Assembly: GCF_964355755.1 (NCBI RefSeq)
Contig: NC_092675.1
Span: forward strand, 26,880,912 to 26,944,911
From: Antedon mediterranea
Lineage: Eukaryota; Animalia; Echinodermata
DNA length: 64,000 bases
Reading direction: 5' to 3'
This document shows, piece after piece, positions 48,101 through 63,100 of this stretch; the stretch's first letter is position 1; every line of letters begins with the position of its first letter. The position numbers and the translations under genes are program-made. The notes below the pieces were generated by a model. It made no database searches. It had not been told where the DNA came from and saw only the letters and a list, made by a program, of their open reading frames with translations.

Positions 48101-51100
48101 CATAAGCCTTCAGATTGCATAAGATACAGGCTTATTTTTAAATCATTTAACTTTCGATTTAACAATGCAACGCAACGTTGAGTATGAGCGCAATCCCCAG
48201 ATTCAGCAAACAGACTTTTCATCTTATCGTCTAGTCTACTAATTTGGAGTGGTCTAAGCCTTTGTTCCAAACTTACAAAAAATCTAATAATACAGGTATA
48301 TAAACACGGTTGATGTATTCAAATCTGTTCCACATTAGGTCGAATCACTCTGTTTTAAAAACAATATTCTTAAAATATTTAATTTTTTTCCTTCTGATTC
48401 TGCTATGGTTAATATAACGAAAGTAAATTAGTGTGTTAATCATTAGAGACACATTTACCATCAAATAAATGTAACACATGCCAGTTAAAAAAAATGATAT
48501 AGGTTTTCGTTTTTAGTTGAACATGTTTATAGTTAGTATATGCCTAGTACAAATTATATTCTGAACGTTTTCTAAATGATATAATAAGAAAACATATTCC
48601 TTAAGTCAAACTGATATACAGGTTAAATTAATTATAAAGTATACTAAAAGGTGTATGAATATAACTTCATATCCAAATTGTATGTTTTTTAGTTTATATA
48701 AATAGCATAAACTTAAATGTAATCTTAACTTTATGAAGAAAGATTGTGCCAAAGGGAAATTGGAAGAAAAGTACGTTTTATGATTTTATTCTATAGGTTA
48801 TTCAATGAATGACAGATGAGCTGATCGGTTTTGAGTTCAGCGAGATGTAATCGGATCGGATAAAAAAAAATATTCATTTTAAAATTAAGACAGATATGGC
48901 TAACGAAATGTAGATGTCATGACGTGTCTATCTATTACGTGTACTACAGTATATACAGGATATTTGTCTTTCTTCTCTTTCTTACATAATAAAATAGACA
49001 AAAATTATCCGTATATTTTAGACAATGTCCTTTCATTGTAATGGTTCATGTATGTGCTTACCTTCCAATCCCAATATCCAGGGGTTCAATTCTGACATAG
49101 AGGCAAAGGTTTAACTCATGTTACGTTTGTAATCCCGATATTTGAGTTTATCCATGGACTTCTATCTATCTTCTTTGGTGAGTTTCTTGCTTTTGGATAC
49201 GGTATGAAATAAAAAATACAAAGCAAATCTTATTTCCAATCACATAGAAACATTATCAACTAGATATGTTGTTATAATTGTTATTGTCTTATTGAAATTT
49301 GTATTTCAGCTGATACTGCACCGTCACTATCTATTTTTTGTAGTAAATTTTCGAAATGGTACATGCATCATTTGTTAAACTCAAAGTCAAGTTCTTCAGA
49401 AAGAAACAGAACATTGTAAAACATAAAAAAATACATTATTATTATTGTGGCGTAAAAGTAAAATTATTAATTATGAACATGTAACACGGGTATAAAGTAT
49501 TACGGAATAAAATATCGGTGTTTTTTTTTCTTTGATTACTAAAAACATATTGATTTCATAATATTCATAACTAATTAACGTATACAGTACATCTCTTTAA
49601 ATGTTAAGTTCTTAACACATAGGCCTATGTATTCATTTTCTTAAACATATTCATTTCTTAAATTTAATCATTTTAGCATACATTCTTAACACAATTCATA
49701 TTTTAACATTTTAGATTTTTTTGTGCTAAAATATCAGAGTTTACCAACTGTGGCTAATTCATTACTTATTAGACACCTCCTAAGAACCCAACAAGTAATA
49801 ACACCAAATTACTATGACCCGCTGTGTTTAAGTGAAAATTAATAAATAAATTACAGACGGTCGAAATTTCAAAACATGGGTCTATGAATAATACGGATTA
49901 AGTAGTACTTTCCCATTGATATTCTGAACTCAAATTTATATCTACTTAATGTGTGATTATTTTTAATATTAAGTTAAATGTTAAAAGTTGAAAAAAAATT
50001 ATTTATAAATAACACTGGAAATGACGTTTGAAGTTTTCACTTCACTTAATAAACATTTTAATTTCAAATTTATATTTTTCGGATATATCATATTAGAACA
50101 TGGCTCTGAAAGCCTAGACTACACATTTCAAATAGTATTTCTTAACACATAAACAACCAATAGTAGGCCTACATTTTTGTTGTATATCGTTTTAAGATTA
50201 GCATTTCATTATTTCATAATCACTACTGGTATTAGGTTATTTTATCCGAAGCCGATATATGTTTATTAAAGGCTAGTTCCGAGCTTACTATGTTTGTTTT
50301 TCTTCAACGGTGAAGCAGTGGATCGCCGTGAAATAAGTTAATAAAGATTTGCTACTTTTAAGATAGATTTAAAAAGGCCATATACATCATGGCTGCCGTC
50401 GTATGCGCAAATTTGAGAAAGTGTTTACCGACCGACCGACCAACTGACCAACCAACCGACCGACCGACCGACCGACCGATATATTGAGCTGTAGAGTCGC
50501 GTTTGAACGCGCACGCGACTAAAAAAACACACACGCAACTTTGATTGACAGAAATCTGCTTTTCAAAATGTTACCGTATTGTTTGGTCTTATTAGCAACT
50601 TAGGATTTTCTGTGTGTATCAAATTGAAACCTATTGAGTTATGAAAAACCAACATTTAAACTAAAAGAATAAACAGAGGCTTAAGTGTACTATAATTTGT
50701 TAATCGATTGAAATAAAATGCGGTTGGTATATTCTATTTAGTCAGTATAATTTAAATTTAGTATGTGATATCAATTTGATAATAGTAATATATGAGGTTA
50801 AGTTCAAAATGGCCTATAGATACAATAATATGAATAATTTGAAGTTACAAAGTTCGACGTTGTTGAAGAAATAAAAAAAAAATATTTTCCGCATAAACCC
50901 TACGATATTAATTATAATTAGTAACGGTTAAAAAATAAAATGCTTTGATGTAAATACATTAACATATATAATACTGCATTCTGACAGTTTTTAATAAATT
51001 ACTGATTACTCTTGTTTATGTCAAAATTGTTTACAGTTAATGTGTCTAAAATCTTTGCGGAAAAGTGTCCTGAAGTGAGAGTGATATTACACTTATAACT

Positions 51101-54100
51101 TCAACCATAATAGTTTTAAGATTGGAATATAATTAATTACGCGTGTGAACATGACCTAATGTTAATGATAAACGTCTGTGAATGTTCACAAATAATGTTT
51201 CATAATTCAGTACTGTATATTAGTAAATTGATAACGTTTTAATGTTGCTGAATGAGTAATGTAATGTCATGTGGACGTTGTGTTTAATTAGATCTACCTA
51301 CGCCTTAGTATTTGTAAAGTGACGATAAAAGCAAGTTACTGAGGCGGTCATAATCACTGATACATAACAGGCCAATATAGTATATCCTACTTAGATTGGG
51401 TTAGAAAATAACATAACATAACCTGTTAGTGGAAAGTTCAAATTTATTTATCCTACACGTTGTACATTTTAGGTATCTTGGTCGTCTTGGTCACTTTTAT
51501 CCTCAAAGATATTTATTAGATTATAACTAACGTGAGTTCGAACCAGAATAATTATGATACACGTTCTATGCCCATGCGCGTCTTAATTGCACAGACGACA
51601 GTATCAATTTTCAATCATTTTACATTACATAACAAAACGGCTTTCGTTGTGAAAAGTGCGAAATGTAGCTCTTTCTACTGGCATGCTTTTCATCAAAAAA
51701 GTCCGCGCAAATAAACAAATTAGAAACGGAGATGATAAAACCAAACATAGTTAATAGAATAATATGCAAGGTGTACTGAAATGAAAATGTATGTAAACAG
51801 ATAAGGAACTTATGTATGGAAATAACAAATTTACCTAAGATAAAAAAAACAAGGCCATATAGATGGCTGCAGTCGCGTGCTCATTAGTGTTTACCGACCG
51901 ACCGACCAACCTACCAACTGACCGAAATTACTGAACATGTTTAAAAATGTTGAAATGTTTAAAACCATTTATATTTTTTTAATTTACACGTGCGTAGCCT
52001 GTCACTTTTGACGTGCTCGTATAACGTAATTTCGAGTTGAAAAGTAAGTCAAGAAAACAGAAATCGGGCAAAAAGAGCGCGCAATAACATTTAACGCGCA
52101 GTGCGCGCGCAAAAATCTGCGCGCTCATTGCAATTTTGTAAACGCTTAAAATTTCCTGAAACGTACTCTTATTTCATCGAAAATAAATTTTGAAAATTTT
52201 AAGCGCGCGTACGCATGCGATACATGCACTACGCACGTAATTGTATTGCTATATGATTTATGCCCTGAAATTTATGAGTACCAAATTTTATTTAATTGTG
52301 ATTCATGGTTGTGAAGATACCGTATGATTACAAACGTGATTTTGTTAAATCGTGCGTAGACCGCGTAATTTTTTATTGCGCACCGTGAAAACATAACCAC
52401 ATCGATTCCTGGCCATAAGGAATATAATTAATTAATTAAACTGATATCAAGATAAGGTCAGAAAGCGATAAAACGCATTGTGATACCGGACCGACAGACA
52501 GATCAACATACCGACAGACAGACCGACAGACCGACAGACCGACAGACAGACCGACATAGTGAACTATAGAGTCGCGTCCACGCGACTAAAAACATATTAC
52601 AGAAACGGAAAATTATTACTGTATTGTTGTATTTTAACTTGTTTGTGATAAATGGGATTCACTACTTAATAGACACGAGAGATCGTCTGCCCAGCTGTGG
52701 AAGGAAATTCACCTCCTTATCAACTGCCGGTTTAGCCAAACAAGGAGCTGTGTGTACAGCGAATCTCCCGTCTAACCAATATCAGCTGTAATTGTAATGT
52801 ACAGTGTAATTCCAAATTAATACCAAATATCATCAATATTATTGTTGATAATCTGAGCAATTAAACAATTACCATTTTTGTCTCATTGATTGATGACTTG
52901 AAAACAACTTGAAGACGTTCCTCATTGTTAAAACACGTAATATTTATGTTTTTAAAGAATTAGTAAAAAGTATCCCACATTTACAGTTTAATCTGAAGTA
53001 AAATAGTGGATTTGCTATTTTGAGGGGGAAAAACACCCGGATGTTCGTAGAAACGAATCCGAAAGTTCATTGTCCAATTTATTATTAATTCCCAATGTCT
53101 GGTTAAATAAATCTAGCCAGTCAACAAGAACCTACTGTGTGATAGGTTAAGTGAAATCCAGAAGTAAGTCTAAAACACCCAACAAAATATTTATTTGAGA
53201 AACATACCTTACTAAAGATTGTTTCTTATTATTATTTGATTTCTGATTATTATCTCTGATCCGCAATATTTGTTTTCTTTTGGTTAATATTACATTTTCC
53301 TTTTTTTAGGAACAAATTATTGATTTCGAAAAAAAAAATTACATTTTACGTTCACAATGTAACCACCTGTGATATATGCAAATAGAATGTGTTTGATAAA
53401 GACGAGGTAGAGAAGTTAGGCAACCATTGCCATACATTACCAGATTTTGGCTACTAGCATGTAGTATGCGACCACCTGTGTAAAGCTACCAGCTATCTAA
53501 AGTTACTACCTGTGCTTTACTCATTGATCAAAATCAATTTCAATAGTAAGGTTAACGTTATATAAAACATTAAATATATTTTTATTCTAGATTGAAGGAA
53601 AGAAGAATAGTAACTCTAAGAAAAAGAACATCAAACAAGTGAAATGTAAGTATTTGTAATTATTAATAATGAGTTTCTAAAGAAATAAATATAATTTATG
53701 TGTGTGCGTGTGAGTATGGAGAGAATTTCATAATTGGTATTTGTTGGATAATTGACCATTGCATGTTCATTTGTTCGTACAGTAATAGTTAATTTAAAGC
53801 AATCCGTGTAAAGAATCCCAAAACTTTTAATTTTAGGTACATCTTAAATAAAACATTTGACCAATAAAGAGCAATAGATCATTCGAAACTGTTGTGATTG
53901 GTTAAATAACGTTGCACGTACGCCCTTAGGTTGCGTCTTGATAGTATCAAACTTAAACATTTTAAATATTCCTAACTTGTATTTAAATAAAATATAAATG
54001 TTTGATGATATACCATGTGATGCAGTCAATCATTTTGAAATCTGTCAGTAGACAATTTAACTAACATGTCTCATTTCGATTACCCGCATGCTTCCCCAAG

Positions 54101-57100
54101 GATTTCAATTAAATTATATGAAAAACAAAAAATCGTGTGTGTTTTCAGGTTATGCTTAACCAAGATTCTTATATCCATTTAAGGTATTTTATAAACAATT
54201 TTCTGCAGATAAAAATGACTAATTTACGATAAGGGATTTACATAAAATGTAAATACTTATAAATCTTATCGCAAATAATGTAGATAAAACGTTTATATTT
54301 CATATAAATTTCATTTAAAAAACGGGTTCTAGGAAATTTATTAAAAGTTATAATCATGATTTATAAAATGTTTTCATGATGTAGTTTCTGTAAAGCCTAA
54401 ATATCCAGGGCTGTCGTGTCAAGAGGCGAGAGGAGACTGTTCCCATATCTGGTGCGTACAACGAACTGTAACGCCCAGCCAATGGGATCTATTTCTACAT
54501 TTCATGACGTCATTGTTGTTGATGTCCATAACTCGGAACTATTAAACATTATTATTATAACTACAACCTTTTAATGATAATAAAACGGTCATTCTTCAGG
54601 GACTTTAAACTACATTATTCATTAATATGTCAAATTACTCCCTTTGGTTGGTTTAAGAATTCAATTCGATAAGTGCCAGAAAAACATCACTTGAAATTTG
54701 TACTTTAGTCATGTTCACAAGTGAAAATGAATCGTCTATGCAATATATTTTATTTCCACATAGTATATTTTGTATTCACACATTTGTTATTGAAGTTATT
54801 GGTTTTTTTTTTCTCGGGTTTTTTAAGCTCTGTCTACTCTATCAAACGTTATGTGACAAAACAATGTTATGTGCCCATATATGGACATGATGATGTCATA
54901 TCACTATCATAGTTGGGTACATCACACATTTTTGTCAAACTAGTTTTATGGTGTATACAAAGCTTAACATACACCACCCTCCCCCACCCCCATTACATCG
55001 CCCTATCCAGGTGTCCAGTAGTTAAAAAAGCTAGGAACAAACAAACAATTCAATAATGTTTAAAACGATTATAAATAAATGTTTTTTTTCAAATTATTCT
55101 TTTTTATTTAAAATATAAGATTATTTTCAATTTTTTAAAAAATGGAGTTAAAAACAACATTTTAACGACCGGTACAGTATGTGTCCAAACGTGATGAAGA
55201 GTACTTCTTAACAGGAAAAGAGGAAGATGAATTTTTGTGAGCGCCCCTTCCTCCCGAAAGACTGAAATATTTAATATTATTTGATCTCTCAGAGGGAACC
55301 ATAATTGTGACATTCTCTTAAAAACATAAATTGCCACGAAGTGCGGAAGATGATTTGACAGAATGCATGCGTACATCAAGTTTTGGCGAGTTACATTATG
55401 AACGTTAAGTGCGGAAATCGACAGACAATTAGTAGGATTATGTAAATCGAATTATAGAGCTCAAAAAGCCAAACACGACAAATCGCAATAATACCGTAAA
55501 CTGTATATCTGGCGTTTTTATTTTCGCTATCGAATGCGTCACTTGGAATGGAAAAAAAATATACGGTATTTGTATGTGTATACAAAAAAGGATAGTTATT
55601 TTATACATAGAGACATTTCATTTGATCATAATTATATTTATCTATTTGAGATTGATGCCTAGATGATAGCATACTCAAATTAGGCACATAATAACCGTTT
55701 GTGTTGAGGTTGCAAAATCTAAAATCTAAGCCTTATGCCCTGTTGGTTGCTCACCCCCATTTACCACCACTCAACATACATACTCTAAACTAGGAGTCCT
55801 ACCCGTCGTATTTCATGCCATAATTCGTTAAAATTTAATTCTAAACATTTCATTATCATAAATAATTTTAATGATTACTAATAAAAAAGAATAATAACTA
55901 AAACATGATAATTATATAATTATTATATCTTGCTGCACAGATATTTCTGTTCTTAAAATATATTTTCTTAAAGGCAAGGAGTGAGCGTAACTATGTTGTG
56001 ACTTCACTATTACGATTAGGCCCTTTAACATATGTCCCTTTAAGTGATTCAAAGTTTTTTTTAATGTTGTTATCATTTTCCCAAATCCCTCTATGATTAC
56101 CAGACCTATATACTTTGAAAATGCTCTGAGATTAGGAGTAGATTGTGAAGATGTCTGAATTGCCACTGATACAAATCTTATCTTTACCATCATATCTATC
56201 CATTCCTTGCAGTCGATACTATAAAACACAAGCCTAAAATAATATTATCTGTTGTCACAAACAGACCTCTGTTGCCTGTGAATTAAGAGTCGAAGTCCCT
56301 TGGACTAAGGACGTATAAAGCAGAGGAACGTGCTGTACTCATATAGTCTGTAATCGTAACCTCTGTTGCGTTGCTTTTGCGTACCTGTCAAGTTCAGATA
56401 ACATAGAAAATCATGCATGGAATGTATCCAAAATATGCTGCAAAATCAAACTTACGTGCTCTTTCTTTTTTGTTATGTTGTTTTCAACATCTATATCTTG
56501 ATACTCATCCAATTCCATGCTTAAAGTTTCGTAAAGTACATTTCTGAAATAAGGTTTTCTGAGAAAAACAATGAATGATTATCGTGCTCTTGGGACCAGA
56601 GTGTGCTTATATCTTGGTCCCCTTGCGCTTTTTAGACTTTATTTAACTGGTCACTTACAAAATATACTTACGTTTAATAGGGCACAATGTTTCAAACATG
56701 AAATTGATCCGTGGCTAGCATAGTAATACAATAATGTTTCTTATAGTTTGTTGAACTCTTCGATGTTCTTATTTTAACATTTTCTACATTGGTTAACGTT
56801 TTGAGTTAGAGTTTTTAGTCATTTTTTCAAAGTTTCCATTTTAAAGAACCGAATTTAATTGAAAGAGCACACGCCTATATATTGTCTTTATTTAATATTT
56901 CACTTACAAAATACTAACTTAATAAATATGTATAGTCTACACCAGGATTAGTTTAAAGGTCGGTTTATTCCTTTTAGGAATACATTTGAAAATTACCGAA
57001 ATATGAGTAAATAATTTGAATGAAGGATTCAGGAAAAGTTGTTGATACAATAAAAAATTGTGTTGATGTTTAGGTTTGTCGTTACCGTACCAACTTGGAG

Positions 57101-60100
57101 TGCTTGTTTAAGTTTTAATTGAATTGCCTGAGAAATAAAATGATTTATGAATTTTCAACTTTCATTTCTCTGTTCAACTTTATGGTTAGAGGTCAGTGAC
57201 TATGAAAACATTAACCAACATTACTTATGTCTGATGGCGTATTGTTTCAAAATGACATTTATTTTATGTTAAGCTTGTATAAAACATTCAACGTTTCTGA
57301 ACAAAATATGCAATAATATAAGCATAACATTTTGATACAATTTTATTTAACATAGATAGCATATTAAGTAGATGGAAGCAATTGTGGTCTTTCTTGGCAC
57401 ATTATGATCTTTTAAGACAATAAAATAATAAATGATAAAACGTGTTGATAATGTTACTATTACCACTGCATAATTTCAGACAAACTAATACAAGTGGTTA
57501 ACTCCAAGAATGAACACATATTCGATCGATATTATTTTAAAGAATTTGATTGGACTGAGAAATCTTATTTGAATTGACCACTGTCAAAATGTTGTATGCT
57601 TTTAGCGCACGTGACAAGTAAATCAGTTGTAGATAATGTGTATATGCAAAACATGAGTTAAGCTCATCAGATTCTCAACAAATGATCAAATACGTAGAAA
57701 TGTCGAATTATATCTCTTTATTTTGGTGTTACCATGATTTTTTTATTTATTGTTCTGTTTATCTGCCCCGCGTCATTTACAGTTCTGTAATAATTTATGA
57801 GCGCAGTATGTGCCAATATTTTACAAATATTAAGTTGTCTAGAATATACTGTTTACTATTATGAATGTATGTGTCATGTGCACTGAAAGCATACAAAATT
57901 TTTATTTGAAGTACATAATTTGACAACTTGCTGTAAATGTTTTATATTGCCATCCAATTGTTTCCGCATAATGATTTTTACTTGCGGAAAACTTTTCTTT
58001 CAGCGATTTTAAACTCACAACTACGAGACTACTTAATAATCAAACCTTACCGATCAACGTCAGAGGGAAAATATATATCAAAATTATTAAATGCTGAATT
58101 TAAAAGAGGAAAACATGAGTACAAAAAGGTTACTGGTAAACTTAAAAAGCGTAAACCACGTGACGTTGAAGATTTTGAACAATTTCATTTCAACCTAAAT
58201 TCTACCAGGCACGAAGAGGAGTTAGTTTTAAATGTAACTGGGAATGACCGGTTGGTTGTACCTGGAACTAAAGTTAACATTTTCAGAGAAGATGGTACCT
58301 CGTCATCTAAGCTTGTGAGGAGAAAGTGCCATTTTAATGGAAACGTACCTGGCGATCAACATTCCCGAGTTTCAATTAGTATTTGCAATGGCATGGTAGG
58401 TACATTTTCTAAACCCAATAGAAAGTTAGCCCATTTAATAAACTTTCATGTTTGCTGACTATAACACAATAGTTTTCCAACCAACAGTTTCAACTTTTAC
58501 TAGTTCTTAATTTTCAATATGCATGATTATCTCTTTATAAATTAATAAAATTAATGCGGCTCAAAAAATATAATTTCCCAATTTAATGTACTAGATGGGT
58601 TGGATTTATATGGATAAACAACATCATCTCATCGAACCGTTGGATGTCGATGGACATGAAGAAGATCAGTATCACGTGTTTTATAAGAAATCAGATATTA
58701 AAGAATCTGCACAGGCGGATCAAGATGGTATAACGTTAGGTGAGTACGTAACAATAACTAATGATACGTAACAATAACAGAACATGGAACAACGAGGGAA
58801 AGCCAAGTCCTTAGTTTCAATCAACTAAACACATCTAATTAACTTAATAGGGGTATCCCTGAAGAGAGATGCTACCCAAGTGTTAAAGCATATTATTTCT
58901 TCTCGTTTGTTCCACAGACAAAAGTGAAACGGTTTCTATTGTATACGGTGTATTGTATGCCTACACTAAAACTAAAATTATGTCAAATATCTTCTATTTT
59001 TTTAAATTTTAACTATTCACACTATTTAACCCCTGTAAATTTTTATTAACCGTTATAAACAAGAGAGAATTCAACATCGCTACCTCATGCTGACTATAAC
59101 ATGTAATAAATCCATTAATAAGTCATGGGAAATGATGCTGATCAATGTGTTGTATACACGTTCTAATAATGCATGATCACACTAGGCCTATAACGTTTTT
59201 GAAAATGTCAAGTAAAGTATGTATGTTATGTTAACTTTTATTAAGGAAATAAATGATATCCCATACAATTTAATGATAAGATAACATACAATTGAAGGTT
59301 ATCCATACATTTTATTATTGAACATATCATAAGAAATAACGATCTACCGCGAAGCCACCAGTGAACAAAGGTAACGAATCCTAATCTAAATTTTTAAACA
59401 ATAATGCATGTTACCTAATGTTGTTACAATTATCATTCAAACTACTGCTTTGTATTTGGAGGAGGCCAAAATACAGTTTGTAACTATTTAAACGAATGAC
59501 GGAAATACTTTCAAATTCCTTGTAAACGAAAAGAATATTTGCTATACACTAAATTACATTCATCAAGCTAAACTACAAGATAATTATTAACCAACTAGGG
59601 ATATAGAGGCACTACACCCACGGTATTTTACAATTGTCAGCTAAAATTATAACGTCTTCGTAAGACTAAAGTTATTGTATTAAATTTATTTAAACCCCCA
59701 TAAAGTATTACAAATACTTATGTAATACATTTCACGTAATAACAGTGGCGCTGATGAGACTTTAATTTCCTTTATTATCGGTCACGTGATACTAGAACTG
59801 GATTGTAAAAACTAAATTACGTCATGTAATAATTGGAGACCTATTTCCTTATACATATATTTTGCGTTTTGATTCACGCTCCCCTTGGAAATTATGTCAG
59901 CCCCTGTTTCCTCCTTTTCAACAGCAGTCCGGTTTGTACAAACAATTACGCATTTTGAATCATGTAATTTGTTATGTTTACTTTACTTCGTTATAGGCCT
60001 ACATAATGATTATGTATAATGGAGCTACAAATCAAAGCAAATCTACACTAGCAAACTTTTACACAAACTTTGTTTGCTTGTAACTAGACTAGTGACTGGA

Positions 60101-63100
60101 GGATGTAATTTTGTCTTTCTGGGGGATCACATGACTGTAAAGCACCAATTACACTGTACTGCAAAATACAATGTGCCGGTGTTGACGCTCTGCGTATTTA
60201 AACACAAGAGCGTTGCCGGGGGATCAATTGATTGATGTAACATATTGCACCTTATACTGATAGATATTAACCTACTGACAGATCGTGTTTAATAATTTAA
60301 CTTTAATACGGCCGTATATAGATGACTTGCAATAGTCAGTTAGACTTTATCTAATGACAGCTTTAGAGTCGAGTAGATGCAACCATGAAGCTATAACATT
60401 AAAACTAATTGTATAGCTCCATGGTGCAACCCTCTACCATATCCTATTTCTACCCCTTTAGGTGTCAACCTTCAAGACGACATGATAGGTCCAGTAGAGG
60501 CGTTTTTAGATAACAACAATAGAAGAAAGAGAGCAATCTCATATGATCAACAGTATTCTATAGAAACGTACGTTGTTGGTGACAACACAGTCATTGAAAT
60601 GTACGGTGGAGAGGGAGCCGAGCAGTACTATCTAACGATGATGGATATTGTAAGATTCTGTCTATTTACACTGAAATTGACCGACCACTAAAAACTATGA
60701 GCTATTTACTGAATGATCAAAAGTAATGGGGAGATTTAATTTATGTTTTTCTAGGTCCACGAATCGTTTCAACATGATTCGTTGAGAGCTGACATTCATG
60801 TGGTAGTTTCCAGAATGACATTCCTCAATAAGAAACAGGTAAATAGTTTTCATATTTAAACGAAATGTTTCACCTACTGTTTCTGTCAGCGACAAGAAAT
60901 TCCTGGCAGTTTCAAGGATGTAAATAATGCCAGTAACACTAGAAAACTGTGCTTTTCCTACAGTAAGACGTTCAACAACATGCACTGGATAGTAATATTT
61001 TACAAAACTATGCCTGACGTCTTGAGATTATGTATATGGACATTTTCAGATCTCTGTCCCAGTACTTATCTTGAAAATTTTAACCCACAGTCAGATCAGT
61101 TGATTGATGACGACAATCCAAATATCAGCAGACGGCAGATATGCGAGTGGTTCTCCAAGCAACACGTTGATGACGATGCTGATCCTGATCATTTCGATGC
61201 TTTAGTATTCCTTACGAGACGAAGCATGGACAAAGCTGGTACGAATACTGATTTTCAATGTAAAGCTCAGTCATGTATCTTCATTAAATGTCTACCCTTA
61301 CAAAGCATTCTATGATATATTTCATTACAATGATTGGCCTCTCTTGTAGGCTACAATACAATATTCAATTATTGAATCTGAAGTGTATGATCCCTAATAT
61401 GCAATACCCCATGCTTTAATGTGTTGTTGTCTGTTTTACCGTCAAGAAAAAGAATGTTACGTTTGTATTTCCAAAAGTGATAATACATATCGTGCAGGCC
61501 TATCCTGTAAGATGTTAAACTGTCATCATTAGAGTAAGCCTACATCATCAATTGATCAATCAATGCATACGAAGAAAACCATATGAACCCCGGTCCCCGC
61601 AGGGTTCTAGTTTTTTATCAACTTCATATTTTGGCTCATCAGTGTATGTAGACTTATTAGCGCAGCCAAATTTCAGAATTGTCTCCCATAGAAAACATTA
61701 CATTACTTGCTACTTTATTCAAATACCGCACTGTTTGTGTTGGCTTCTGTTTTTTTCTACAGGAATCGCACTCGTGAGTGGAATGTGCAAAAAGAAACAA
61801 AACTGCGTAGTGGTACGTGACCAGGGTCTTCCATCAGCGTACATAGTAGCGCATGAACTCTCTCACTTGTAAGTTTACCAGCTTCTATTTTAGTTCTAAT
61901 TATCAATTGTATTTTTGCCAATTGTTGTGAATTGTTTTGAATGATAAAGTCTGGAGTAAAATGTAATTATAAATCATAATAACACTTGTGTTGTCTGAAA
62001 TCCTGCCGTACGTTATGTTACGTCCATTATTGAGGATAAACAGATTGAAGGAGGACATTTTTTTTTAATGTCAATCAAAAAGTGCAATGTTCATATAGGG
62101 CTTCAAGCTCAAAGTAATTGTTACAAAAATCAAATGAATTACCTGCTCATAATAAAGTAAATTAACGAAACAAGATAATATAACGACGACGAACGAACGA
62201 TACGTTTGCAAAACAATGATGAAAGTTGAAATATTGAAACACCGACTAAATTATGCATTGTAATCTCTGTAGTGTAACAATCTACTAGGATATGTGACTT
62301 AATGTGTATGCACCATTATAATAATATGTTTTTTTATATGTTACAATTCTCTAGAATAATGCATAGTTTCAGCTAGTCGTTGTGATTCGATCCTTAGTGG
62401 GCGTCTATGCGGAAATTGGAGAAATTAATGATGATTAGAAAGTATACAAAAATATGATTGTCCTGCATTATATATGCCTTATCATTCTTGCTGAATAATT
62501 TGATACGTTTAAATTCGAATTAACATACTGTAAACTTCATGAAATTGTGCCAAGCGTGACATTTAAGGCGTAAATTTCATCACTGAAAGTGAAAAATTAA
62601 AGAAAAATAGAACTCGGAATCAATTACCTACTACTACTGATTTTACTAGGTTAACATGCCGTTTTCTAGACCTAAGTAACACACCTCTATATTGAAGCTT
62701 CTTATCTACTTCTTTTCACGTCAAAAACAACAAGTAAAGCTGAGGAGGTACAATTTACAACTATAAGTGACCGATTCTTTCGACTGAATTTACAATTTTC
62801 TGTGATTGACTAATTTCGCGATATACAGCGTCTTCCGTGTGTCATGAAACAATATATAGGCCTCAATATTTGTGATTAGGTCCAGATAAATAATTATTTT
62901 AGATAGAATGAGAGAATGCACATGAAACCTAGAATTAGTTAATGTTTAATTAGTTAAAATCACTATAAAAATATCTAATTTAACGATATAAATACAGTTT
63001 CAAATAGGACAATAGGCCTAACTGTTTTTTCCCACTGCTATTAAAGATTGGGAGTTGGACATGACACGGAAAAGAATAACTGCTCAGAAGCGGCGGAAAC

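Noticed and set aside
47237-48270. ORFs of 87-123 aa in intron 1 of ADAMTS B
   Set aside because: No recognisable domain, mostly non-ATG starts, partly overlapping a SINE/L2 tail; consistent with chance.
55104-56229. ORFs of 64-105 aa as possible transposase remnants
   Set aside because: No DDE or other motif recognised; may be old repeat DNA but I cannot support a call.
59750-59810. CTGATGAG hammerhead-like core
   Set aside because: No stem II followed by GAAA could be formed downstream.
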